A DNA stretch of 64,000 nucleotides. Origin: Dethiobacter sp. GTDB lineage: Bacteria; Bacillota; Dethiobacteria; DTU022; UBA8154. The stretch is from the NCBI GenBank assembly GCA_020725665.1, contig DYEO01000033.1:5398-69397 (forward strand), written 5' to 3'. A program made the position numbers and the translations under genes. Positions within the stretch are counted from its first letter, which is position 1. Each line of letters begins with the position of its first letter. This document shows positions 9,792-20,000 of the stretch, one piece after another. Below the pieces are notes generated by a model. The model was given only the letters and a program-made list of their open reading frames with translations, was not told the DNA's origin and searched no databases.

Positions 9792-10691
9792 TTATAAAGC
9801 ACGCAGAAACTCGGGTCGCAGTTGACGCATATCCCCGCTGAGACGTACAGACTCCAGTATCTTCAATAGTTTTTCTTTATCCCGGGGAAGGGTTCCCTTC
9901 AGGGGGAGGTAATTGGATGCATGATTACAGCGGAAGACACAATTGCTCATTTCCAGGGGCCGCAGCATCATTTCTATTTCGGCAAGGATTTCCAGGGGAC
10001 CGGGTACGGCAAACTCTCCCTTGGCTACCTTCCTGGCCAGGGGTGTTCCGGGGCAGACCATTAAGGTGAGCAAGCCCAGGTATTCCGGATCAATCCGGTT
10101 TAACAGCGTTGCCGTATCCAAAGCATGTGCAGACATCTTTTCCATGCCACCAAGCCCGTTAATTACGGTAATGGAGAGAACAAGACCCGCCGCTCGGGCA
10201 CGCCGGCCTGCCGTAATAATTTCATCCCGCGTGGCGCCCTTACGTACCCAGGCCAGGAGTTCCTCGTTCCCTGTCTCCACACCCAGGTAGACAATGCCCA
10301 AACCGGCTTTTTTTAGTGCAGACAGCTCTTCTCCACTCTTGTTTAACAGGTCTTGCGGCGTTGCATAGATACCAACACGCTCAAGCGCAGGAAAAGTACT
10401 GTAAAGTTTTTGCAGCACACTTAACAGCTTTTCCGTATGCATGACCATGGCATTGCCGTCTGCCAGAAAAACCCGATCCACTCCCCACAGTAAACGGGCT
10501 GCCTCTTCAATATCCTCTTCAATTTCTGCAAGCTCCCGCTCCCGGAATTTCTTTTCCAGAAAAGAAACGCAAAAGGTGCAACGGTTATGTGAACAACCGA
10601 TCGTAATTTGCAAGATTAGGCTGTTTGCTTCACTGGGAGGGCGATAGATTGCTCCTTCATAACGCATCTCTGAAAACACCATCCTGTTCAT
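9792..10691 (-). CDS. radical SAM protein
   Basis: 299-aa ORF with a CSHNRCTFC (CxxxCxxC) cluster motif near the N-terminus. No SPASM-like Cys-rich C-terminus is present. Confidence 0.8.
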   Translation of the reverse strand: MNRMVFSEMRYEGAIYRPPSEANSLILQITIGCSHNRCTFCVSFLEKKFRERELAEIEEDIEEAARLLWGVDRVFLADGNAMVMHTEKLLSVLQKLYSTFPALERVGIYATPQDLLNKSGEELSALKKAGLGIVYLGVETGNEELLAWVRKGATRDEIITAGRRARAAGLVLSITVINGLGGMEKMSAHALDTATLLNRIDPEYLGLLTLMVCPGTPLARKVAKGEFAVPGPLEILAEIEMMLRPLEMSNCVFRCNHASNYLPLKGTLPRDKEKLLKILESVRLSGDMRQLRPEFLRAL

Positions 10692-10730
10692 TTGTTTTTT
10701 GTTATTTTACCATACTTAGATTATACTACA

Positions 10731-10762
10731 AAAAAACAACCGGATGTATCCGGTCGTTTTTT
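10731..10762. terminator. bidirectional intrinsic terminator ending the polysaccharide operon
   Basis: aaaaaacaaccggatgtatccggtcgtttttt: an accgga/tccggt stem flanked by an A run and a T run. Confidence 0.6.
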
Positions 10763-10891
10763 CCCTTTTTATTCAATCATTTTCGCATGCTTAGCCTGCC
10801 GCCTCTGGAACAACAGGTTTACCGCAAAAACTGGCCCCCGCATAAACCCAAAGCAAATTAAGTTAAGTAGTCCGCTGCCGCCCACGTAAGC

Positions 10892-13254
10892 TCAGTCTAC
10901 CTGTGAAAAAAAAGCGCTGACAATGGGAAAGCTCTCTTTTTGCCTCACGCGATACACGGGTTCTTCCCAGAAATCCCAACTGTAAAATGGTAATGTAAAG
11001 GCAAAACCATCCCCCTTAACGTTACGTGGGAGATAATCAAGGATCAGGCCATCCCATTCCCCGGGGCTTATGCTGTCTTCACCAACAAAATATTGCCCCC
11101 GCTCTTCCGGCAGGTAATAGGAAAGGGCACAGAAGTAGATGCCGGGGGTGGTGGAGGTCTGCAGGGTATCACGCAGAGGTGCATCACTGTATTCCCGCGG
11201 GTCATCCATTACCTGTCGTGTAGAAGGATCCGTAAAATTCAGAAGTGCCCAGGGCAGCCGCAGCTCCACCCTGTTTTTTCCCCCGTTGATATGTAACATG
11301 GCAAGAGAGTTGTAATCCTGACTTTCCGGGTTAAAATTGCCCCGGGGAAGAACGCTTTGATTGCTGTAAACAGGCGGGAAAACCTGCCCGTCCCGGGATA
11401 TGCGCTCCCGGTTGACCAGGGGGCGGATAGCCTCCCATTTTTCATTAGTATCTCCAGCCAATGCAGCCCCCCCGGCAGAGGAAAAACGCAGCTCCCCCCG
11501 GTTGTAGGATGAGGTTGCCAGCAGGTAAGCTTCTTCATCGCCGGAGATAATAATCAAAAATTCCAGCCCATGGGGCACCTTTTCACCTCGCAGCGGCAGG
11601 CGTGGATTCCCCCCACCCGGGTTATAAGTATCCAGGCCAATCATCAATCCGGTGCCGGGTGGCAACAAAGAACCGCTTACTCCGCCGGCTTGGTCGTTTC
11701 CATCTGCAACCAGTTCCAGACCGAGGTAGAGAAATGCTTCATTATGCTCAACAAGCAGGTTTTGCAGTACAACTGCCGGAAATGCTTGCGCCGCCTGTTG
11801 AGGCGCTGCCTGAGCCGGGACAGTTGCCTGCGTGTAAAGAGGTTCCCCCCTGAGAAAGGGTATGCCGGCCGGCTCCATGGCCAGCAGGCCGTAGTTTTGT
11901 TCGGGGCAGAGGGCGTTATGCCAGTAAGGGTTACGCTCGAAAGGCACAATATACGGCTCGGTAATCCACGTTTTCTTTACCCATTCATCGAACAGTTCAA
12001 AGATAACCCCGCCCGCATAACCCTCTTGTAAAACCGCATCCATCATACGCACAATCATTTCTCCCTGCTGTCTTTCTGTTACCCCCCCGTGATCGAAACC
12101 CTGGGGGTGGACGTGAGCCGTGGCCAAGCCGGTGGCCATGCCAAACTCCGCGACGAGCGCCGGGTAAGGGGGGTGCAGGGCCATAAAATCACGCAGGTAT
12201 CCCCCATAGCGAAGAATGCCTTCATGATCATGATAAGCATTGTACGAGGGCTCGTTGTTCATGAAATCGGGGTAATTGGGGTAGATATGATAACAGCCAA
12301 AAAACCCTGCCACATTCAACTCACCCTGCTGCAGGTGATTCGGATTAAGATCTGCCATATCATTATATTCCTTTGATTTTTCACATAGATGTTCCATTCG
12401 GTAGGGTGATCGAGAGGGTCGAGGGTTGGCCAGCTCACAAAAGAAACAGGATGCTGCCAGCCATAGTTTTCTGTACTGTAGGAAAGGGTATAATCACACA
12501 TCATGGCCAGCCATATTTCCGTCGCGCTGGCTCCGGCGACTGCCTGCACAAAGTCACCGTTATAAACCTTGAGGTTGCTGTTGATCTCGTCGTTTTGCAA
12601 AACAACGTGCGGCTCCATTTCATTACCGATCAGCAAGCCCAGCAGGAAAGGGGAAACGTCCACCCCATAGCTGCCAAAAGCCCTGCCGCGCCTGGCACGG
12701 ATTTCTGCATTGCCGTGGAGGGCGTCCACAACATGGCGAATTTCCTGCATGTAATTCTCCATATAATCGGGGTCAAAATAATTGCCACCTGGGATATCCT
12801 CGTCCGGCCAGATCTCCTGCAGCAGCCAGATTCTTTTATGCGGCGCCGCGGAGATATTATATTCCCGAAAAACCTGGTAAAATAACGGGTCCAATAACGT
12901 ATACAGGCGTATTGTATTGGCATTAAGAGCGGCCGCCTGCTCAAGCCAGAGCCGGTAAACATCCCTGTCCATGGGAAACTGGGTAAAATACTTGCCCGGC
13001 AGGGCCGTGCCGATATTCACTCCTTTTACAATGAACGGCATCCAGCCTTCACCTGCAAACACTTCAAAATAACGTCCACTGGTGCGGGCGGTCAGCATGA
13101 CCCCGCCCATTTCGGCAATCTGGGGCAAGAACTCTGGCACTTTGGAAGAACATCCGATAAATAACGCGCCGCCTGCAAGGATAGAGGCAACCAGCAGGAT
13201 AGCAGCAATAATGGTGCTTACAAAGCGTTTTGACTTTGTTTTCGTCGATTTCAT
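10892..13254 (-). pseudogene. clan GH-A-like glycoside hydrolase lipoprotein, split by a 1-nt frameshift (or sequencing error) at a homopolymer
   Basis: The 312-aa (12316-13254) and 501-aa (10892-12397) ORFs overlap in different frames. A lipobox LFIGC follows the signal peptide. The NE acid/base motif (LLIGNEMEP) is in the upstream ORF and the nucleophile-like AEFG is in the downstream ORF. Adding one A to the A5 run (T5 at 12377-12381 on plus) fuses them into about 787 aa. Confidence 0.55.
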
Positions 13255-13321
13255 ATGTCTGATCCTTTTTTTGTTTACTTCTCAGTAAAAATCTACTCCT
13301 TCTGCTATAGGAATGCCGGTT

Positions 13322-14089
13322 TCAGATACGCAGCCCTCTTCCGAGAGGGCATCTTGTTTTAGGCAGGAAACACAGCCGCAGGCTGCCATAAACCGTGGCC
13401 AATATTTTTAACTTGCTGGCGCTTTTTTTAATACCGTATTTAACCGTAAATGGTACTTCTTCTATTGTGCCGGCAAGGGGGGCCAGCTTCAAAAGCAATT
13501 CCACAGTTGCCGAGAAGGTCCGGGAAGCTAAAAAAGGCCATTTACCGGCGGCTAGGGCCTCGCTGACCAGCGAACTGCGGTATGCACGGAAGTTTACTGT
13601 GTAATCTGTAACGCCGCGCAGTGGGAATGCTATGCGGTAAAACAACTTCGCTCCAATACTCAAAAAGCTGCGCAAGAAGGGTACTCCGTCCTGTCCTCCC
13701 CCTTTTGTAAAGCGTGAAGCAATGGCAATATCGGCACCGGCACGAATCTTTTCAACAAGTTCGGCAATAATCTCTCCCGGGTGAGTGGCATCCGCATCCA
13801 TGGTAACAATACAAGTGGAACGGGCCTTAAGTGCCTCTGCAAAACCTGTGATAACCGCCTCCCCCAGGCCCCTGTTTTCCGTATGGGAAACAATGATTGC
13901 TCTGCCGCTTGCAAGGACCCATTTGGTAGCAAGATCGAGGGTATCATCACTGCTTCCATCGTTAACGATAATCAGGATGAAATCACACCCCGGCGGCATT
14001 GAAATTTCGTCAAACATTTTTTGTAAAGCAGGAATTGATTCTGCCTCGTTATACATGGGGAGAATTATTGCAACAAGCTCGTCCGGCAT
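13322..14089 (-). CDS. GT2 polyprenyl-phosphate glycosyltransferase (Dpm1/ArnC/CsbB-like)
   Basis: 255-aa ORF with ILPMYNEAESI, VNDGSSDDT and MDADATH (DxD) motifs. It is soluble-type, with no C-terminal TM bundle. Confidence 0.75.
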   Translation of the reverse strand: MPDELVAIILPMYNEAESIPALQKMFDEISMPPGCDFILIIVNDGSSDDTLDLATKWVLASGRAIIVSHTENRGLGEAVITGFAEALKARSTCIVTMDADATHPGEIIAELVEKIRAGADIAIASRFTKGGGQDGVPFLRSFLSIGAKLFYRIAFPLRGVTDYTVNFRAYRSSLVSEALAAGKWPFLASRTFSATVELLLKLAPLAGTIEEVPFTVKYGIKKSASKLKILATVYGSLRLCFLPKTRCPLGRGLRI

Positions 14090-14144
14090 TAATAATCACT
14101 CCAATTAATTAAATCTCCACTTTCTTTGAATATCTTATCGCCGG

Positions 14145-14510
14145 TCACTGGTGCAGAAAAAAAACTCCGGCAAGGATCAGAAAAAAACCAACAATTTTAG
14201 TTGCGGTAACCGCCTCTTTAAAAAAAAGGATGGAGAACAAAAATACAATAATATATGAAATACTTATACTCGGGTATGCTTTACTAAGCTCCATACCCGA
14301 AATTACCTTAATCCACAGGACCATACTCGAAATGAAGAATAAGATACCGGTTAAAACCCATGGATTGCGAAATATATGCATAAGCGTATATGGAATTGCC
14401 GGCCATTCCAGGCTGATCTCTCCCATTTTGAGCGTCGCAAATTTTAATAAAAGCTGTCCGCAAGCCCCCAGGAAAACGGAGATAAATAAGAGTATTAAAC
14501 CGGCTTTCAA
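14145..14510 (-). CDS. small 4-TM DMT/SMR-like protein (ArnE/ArnF-like candidate lipid-linked sugar flippase)
   Basis: 121-aa ORF with four hydrophobic helices and an EamA-like half-domain pattern. Its start overlaps the stop of the GT2 synthase gene by 4 nt. Confidence 0.6.
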   Translation of the reverse strand: MKAGLILLFISVFLGACGQLLLKFATLKMGEISLEWPAIPYTLMHIFRNPWVLTGILFFISSMVLWIKVISGMELSKAYPSISISYIIVFLFSILFFKEAVTATKIVGFFLILAGVFFLHQ

Positions 14511-15904
14511 ACTGTTTCGCCACCTTTGTTTTTATTTAAAAACGTACTTGCCCTGGTCAAACGGCGTTTATAACTCCTGAATATTTCCTTCAACTGATCA
14601 ACCGGATACTCCACCCGCCAGCTTTTTTCTTCTGTGAGCACCGTAATAATCCCGGCCAGGCGAAACCAATAAACCATATACCTGTAAAAAGGCAGGATGA
14701 AAACGATCCACCAAATTTTTTTGATTTCACAGCGGTATAAACCGGGGCTGTACTTGTAGACCATGGCAAAGCTGGCGGTATCAAGTATTATATAGCAGAG
14801 CAACAAAATAATCAGGGAGAAAAAAACCGTTTGCATGGAATAGCCGATAAAATACAGGAAAATCAGCAAAAACGTCCAGTTCAGGCGTATCAGCGCCAGC
14901 GTGTGATCGGAGATAAACATACGGCCGATATAGCTGCGCAGATCATGCCAGATGCTCCTTACTTCTTCCCCATGTATGGCGATGGCTTCAATCTCGCCCC
15001 GCTGCCAGCGCAGCCTCTGGGCATATAACTGAGAAATGGAATTGATCGGTTCCACATAGGCGACAGCATCGAGGACGCACCCGACGCGGCGTTTTTGCTT
15101 CTTTTGATCGTTTTTTATATTAAATGTCAGATCCGTATCTTCAGAAACCGTACGGTCCTGGTACATAAATGACTGCAGGAGGGCATCCCGGCGAAAAATG
15201 GAAAAAGCACCGGAAAGGGTAAACAGGGAATCTGTAATCTGTTGGTAGCGGCGGCCGATATTGAATGCGAGCATATATTCGATTATTTCACAATAGTTTA
15301 TCAGGTCAATGAAAGAATAACCTTCCCCAATTTCCTTATCCACCCGGATAAGCCCGGTGGCGGCAGCCAACGAATCGTCTGCTTCGAAAGCTTCCACTAC
15401 CCTCAGCACGGCATTTTTATCCAGCCACGTATCCGAATCAACGTTCATGATGTAAGTGCCGTGACCGTGGTAGATCCCGGCATTTAGGGCAATGGATTTT
15501 CCGGCCCGCTCCATGGAACTCCAGGTCGTCATCATCTCAGGATGCTCAAATTGAAATTCCTGAAATATTTCAAAGCTATTGTCTTCGCTGCCGTTGTTTA
15601 CGCAAACAATCTCAAGCTTATCCTTGGGGTAATTCTGCCTGAAAATGGAATTCAGGCACTGGTAAAGGGTATCTACAGAGTTATGAACAGGAACAACCAC
15701 CGTAACATAAGGGTAAAATTCCATGGCATCGGCATCCGGTGATTTTTCCTTCGCTTTACCGTTTTTCTCTTCGTGTAAAAACAAACCCATAAAACACTTG
15801 GCTGCTGCAGATACATCCACCAACAGCGGCGCCAAAAGCCAGATGCTCCAAAAGAGGAGCAGGCTGATACTTCTGTCCCAAAGAATTTCAAGCACGTTTA
15901 ACAT
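14507..15904 (-). CDS. processive family-2 glycosyltransferase (polysaccharide synthase; XrtG-associated type)
   Basis: 465-aa ORF with an N-terminal TM segment and a GT2 core carrying VPVHNS, DSD, SEDTDL and QRLRWQRGE (QxxRW) motifs. It also has a C-terminal TM bundle. Confidence 0.8.
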   Translation of the reverse strand: MLNVLEILWDRSISLLLFWSIWLLAPLLVDVSAAAKCFMGLFLHEEKNGKAKEKSPDADAMEFYPYVTVVVPVHNSVDTLYQCLNSIFRQNYPKDKLEIVCVNNGSEDNSFEIFQEFQFEHPEMMTTWSSMERAGKSIALNAGIYHGHGTYIMNVDSDTWLDKNAVLRVVEAFEADDSLAAATGLIRVDKEIGEGYSFIDLINYCEIIEYMLAFNIGRRYQQITDSLFTLSGAFSIFRRDALLQSFMYQDRTVSEDTDLTFNIKNDQKKQKRRVGCVLDAVAYVEPINSISQLYAQRLRWQRGEIEAIAIHGEEVRSIWHDLRSYIGRMFISDHTLALIRLNWTFLLIFLYFIGYSMQTVFFSLIILLLCYIILDTASFAMVYKYSPGLYRCEIKKIWWIVFILPFYRYMVYWFRLAGIITVLTEEKSWRVEYPVDQLKEIFRSYKRRLTRASTFLNKNKGGETV

Positions 15905-17087
15905 CTCCCCGTACTTTTTTGATCGAGGGCCGTGTTAGAATATACCAGTAGAGAATAACTATCACAGAGAAAAAGAAAATTCGCCCGAATAAAGTGTGCG
16001 CTACAAAGTTAAAGTTGCGTCCGCCCCAGTATATTATGGAGATAACCAGCATCAGGCGCAGAAGATTAAAAAAAACTAGTGTTGCGGTGCCAAACAGGAT
16101 ATAGTATACTTTCCTGCCGAAGTTGTAGGCTGGATAAAAGAGGACCAGCCCCAGCAAAACAGCAATTTCCAGTAATGCTGAACTTTCAATGTCGATATCC
16201 AGCGTCGTCCAGCTTTCATCAAGTTTTATAAAGACCAGGATTGTTCCGGGAGACTTATCAAAAACGTGGGTGACCACATTGAAGTAATTAAGTATATGGT
16301 GCAAGATCACTCCGGTTCTGTGCTCAACCAGATACTCAATAAAGGAACCCCTGATTACAAGGATAAAAATAAAGGTAAAACCGACAGCACCAAGGATATA
16401 ATAAAGGGGCCAGATGCGGTAACGGTAAAGGGCCGCTGTGGCCACCAGCCAGAATAAGGCAAAAATAATAATGCCGGACCTGTTTCTTACAACTACAGGA
16501 AAAGCTTTCCACTGTACATCGCCTTCAGCGGGCAGGCGGTCGCCCCTAAGCCCGGCAGCGGCGAGATAAAAGCGGATCGGCTGCGCCGGGTAAACATTTA
16601 ATTCGGCCATGGGCAGGTAAAATTCAAAGCCGCTGCCGCCGGCGTCGCTTCGCTGCCCCCACATTCCTTCGTACTCACTGATGAGACTCCCGTCGGATGA
16701 AAAAAGCTTTATCCCCACCAAACCATTGCCATTATCGGGAACATAGAGCAGTTCTGCAAACTTGTCGATGCTGTCTCCATATGACCCGTTGTCATCTATA
16801 TCGAGATAAAGCCTGCAAACGAAGTGTTGGCCCATAGCTATTGGTTTTTTAAGTTTTACAGCAAAGTATAATCTCTGTTCATTCTCGTTGGTACCCCAAT
16901 GCAGTGACTGAAATACGTTGTTCTTATCGGTTTCATCTTTAGGGCTTGTAACAGATGCCCGGCCGTTCCAGTCCTCAAGCTGTCCATCCAGATATATTTT
17001 CTGCATGAAAATTGATCCCGGCGGCCAGATATATATTAAAAACACAAGCGCCAGCGCAATGGCCAGCTTAGCTGCTAATCTGCTCAT
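15888..17087 (-). CDS. exosortase-family (XrtG-like) membrane protein with an N-terminal extracytoplasmic beta-rich domain; the canonical Cys is absent
   Basis: 399-aa ORF. Residues ~205-399 are polytopic and carry the exosortase-like NLLR and AHTLFGR motifs. At the place where exosortases carry CSG the sequence is DIDIESSALLE. The N-terminal ~190 aa has a signal anchor plus a YLDGQLEDW sugar-binding-like module. Confidence 0.55.
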   Translation of the reverse strand: MSRLAAKLAIALALVFLIYIWPPGSIFMQKIYLDGQLEDWNGRASVTSPKDETDKNNVFQSLHWGTNENEQRLYFAVKLKKPIAMGQHFVCRLYLDIDDNGSYGDSIDKFAELLYVPDNGNGLVGIKLFSSDGSLISEYEGMWGQRSDAGGSGFEFYLPMAELNVYPAQPIRFYLAAAGLRGDRLPAEGDVQWKAFPVVVRNRSGIIIFALFWLVATAALYRYRIWPLYYILGAVGFTFIFILVIRGSFIEYLVEHRTGVILHHILNYFNVVTHVFDKSPGTILVFIKLDESWTTLDIDIESSALLEIAVLLGLVLFYPAYNFGRKVYYILFGTATLVFFNLLRLMLVISIIYWGGRNFNFVAHTLFGRIFFFSVIVILYWYILTRPSIKKVRGDVKRA

Positions 17088-20000
17088 TTCTTTTCACATC
17101 TTTATCTAATCTTTTAAGAAAAATCAGGCCTCCAACCAACATTAACGGAGAAAGGAGGGAAAGGATTGAACCCCAAAGGTAAACGGGGGTTCGTTCCAGA
17201 ACTATTGTAATTTCATGTTCACCGGCAGGCAGATCCATACGCAGCAGATTTTCAAACGTAGTGTACGGCCAGGCATGACCATCGATCTCCACCTTGATCC
17301 CGTCCAGCGCAGCGACTGGGACAACTACATTAACATCCCGGTCGATACTGTATTTCATCACGTAACCGCTTTCCGTAGCCTGATAAGCATCTAGAGGAAT
17401 CAACTCTTCACAAAAATATTCCCTCTCTAAACCAAATATTTCTTCAATTATTTGCAGCGCTTGCGGGTCCTTGGTCAGGAAGGTGTGATATGAGAGATTG
17501 CCCCCCAAAAACCAAACTTTGTGTCCCTCAACCAGCTTGTATCCCAATACAGGGGCTTTAACACCATAATAATCGAAATATAGCTCCTCTGCATCCAACC
17601 CCTGTGGAACATATGTTTTCCAAAGCTCAAAGTCCTTCGGAGCAAAAGGTTTCAATAAAAAGCTCTTACCGCTATTGTCGAAAAGCTCGAGCTGGCCGCG
17701 CAGGGTAACCGTCTCACCATAAACACCTAAAAATTCAGGTTGCTTGGCCAATACGTTTTCCGGCAGCCCGGAGAGCTCAACAAAAACCTCACCACCGGCA
17801 GAGATATAATTACGAATAAGCTGTTCTGCTTTAGTTTTAGCCCACCATTCTGTTCCGGAAAGAATTATTTTAGGGTATTTTATTAAATCATCCAGTGAAT
17901 ACCTGTCAAGATAAGGGGACGTCCCCATCTCTACGTTGGGGAACTGGATGGCAATCGTTCCCGCATGTCTGCCGATAACCAGTGCGTCATTATTTTTCAC
18001 GACCAGGTAAGGAAAATCAATAGCCCCGTGCCAGAGGCTGATCTCATCAATATTTACAATATGCTCATAAGCCGCTTTTCCGGCCATCTCCGCAAAAATT
18101 TGCGGCTCCTCAATCACATCGTTTTTAACCAGCAGATCCGTTGCGCCAAGCAGCACACAGGATCGGAACAAAAAGGGATAATACTGATATTCCAGTCCCA
18201 TGTTAAGGAGCATAATGTTTTGTGAAGTTGTAGCCCCCTGCCAGGCCCAACCGAAAACCTGCTCCCTGCCTGCCGTTTCAGAAAACAGGAAGGAAGGGGC
18301 CGAGCCAAGGCGGCTTAAGTCAACAGTAGCAATGCGCCATCCGGGCGCAGCCTTCAGGTACTCCGTACCCTCCAGCAGTATATACGATTTGGCACGTGTA
18401 AAGGCAAGCAAACGGACGGAAAAAAAACAATCAATTAAAAACAAAAAAGCAAGCAGGCATATTATGACAACCTTTTTCAAACTGCCTGCTGAAAGTGAGA
18501 ATCTTTCTATAGAAGGGGAAAAAGCCATGCTTGATATGATTAGAGCCAGTGCGGCAAAACTGGAAAACCTAAGGGGCCAAAGCAGGTGGCTTAAAGGCAT
18601 AAGTAAAAAAAAGAGGCGCGCAGAAGGGAAAGTAATAATAACTAAAACCACGCCGCAAATTGCCAGGCTTTTTACCCAGGGCAACCTGGTACGCCATCCC
18701 AAACATGTAACACCAATGGCAAATAACAGGCTGACACCCCAGTAAAACGTTTCCCGATCAGAAAAACGATTAAAAGGATTAAGTGAAATTGCGGAAGGTA
18801 CAAACTGGACAACGGCACGGACAGCCTCCGGATTGATCACGGTAATTCCACCGCTAAGGCTTGGCAGCAACCACCAACCTGCAGATATAATGCCAACAAA
18901 AACAATAAAAAATCCCCGCAACAAATCTCTTAGCCGGCAGCCGCCAAAAGCCCAGAAAAACAGGGCGAATAAGGCAAGGCAAATGCAGTATACCGCCCCA
19001 ATCATGGCATGGCAGAGGATAACCACATGTATGAGTAAAACCGTGAGAACAACCGTCAGGGAAATCTTACGTTCTTCCAGAATTTTTAAATAAAGAATAA
19101 ACAACAATGGTAACAGGGCCGTTGCCAGGACCCGGGGAAGGTTCCCTTCAGAAAAAGCAACCCGCACGTTATCGATCCAGACCGACCAGATTATTCCTGC
19201 CAGGGTGGCGGGCCAAATGCCAATCCTGCGGGCGAAAAATAGCAGAGATAATCCTCCCAGGAGCGCGCAACCAAAAACATAATAGTTGCCGGCCATGAAA
19301 ATGTCGGTACTGAAAAACCTCAGCAGGGCAATCATGTAGTAGGGCAGCGGCGCCCAGTAGCGAAAAGGCTGGGCGCCATTATACCAGTATTCAGTGAACT
19401 GAGGAAAGAAATCGCCCTGCATGATTTGTTGAAAAAGAAATTCAGCTTTAAAAAGATGGCCCCAGGTATCGGACCCCCAGGGGTAGTGCAGTCTGAATTG
19501 GGGGGTAATGATCTGGTAATAAGCGATGAAGGCTATGAGCATTATTAACAGCGCATGTAAGGCGTAGCGGTAAGCAGGATAATCATAACTAGTTAACCCG
19601 GCGTTCAGGGTTTCATCAGGCTGAGCTGCCCGTTTCGCTGTTTGTTTTCTGCGCTTATCCCTCTGAGAGGATACACGTTTTTCTTTATCATCAGTGTTAT
19701 CTGTGATGTTATCTTTGGTAGCGGCAATTTCTTGTTCCGCCGCCACAGGGATATTGTCAAATTCAGGATTGCGCCGTGTTACCTCAATGCCTTTTGTGGG
19801 GGTTTCCCACACCGCCAAATTGCCCAGCACCAGGCCAAAATCCCGAAAAATATCCTCAAACCGGTTAAAGAAAACCATGGCCATGTTTTCTGTAGTCGGC
19901 TGAACGATATTAAAGGGATACTGCTCATTTAAAACCGTTTTTTCATAGCAGGTAATAACAGAATTAATTGCCTCCATGATGTTGGCAAAAGGTATCTGCT

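Noticed and set aside
9026-10691. Radical SAM gene plus nearby 65- and 67-aa ORFs as a RiPP cluster
   Set aside because: The radical SAM protein lacks a SPASM/twitch Cys-rich C-terminus and an RRE-like domain. One small ORF looks like a membrane protein and the other like an HD-GYP N-terminal fragment. A terminator and 160-200-nt gaps separate them.
12370-12390. Programmed -1 ribosomal frameshift at G AAA AAT joining the two hydrolase ORFs
   Set aside because: The heptamer is not a canonical X XXY YYZ slippery site because the P-site re-pairing is mismatched. I saw no downstream stimulatory structure. A homopolymer indel (mutation or sequencing error) is the simpler explanation.
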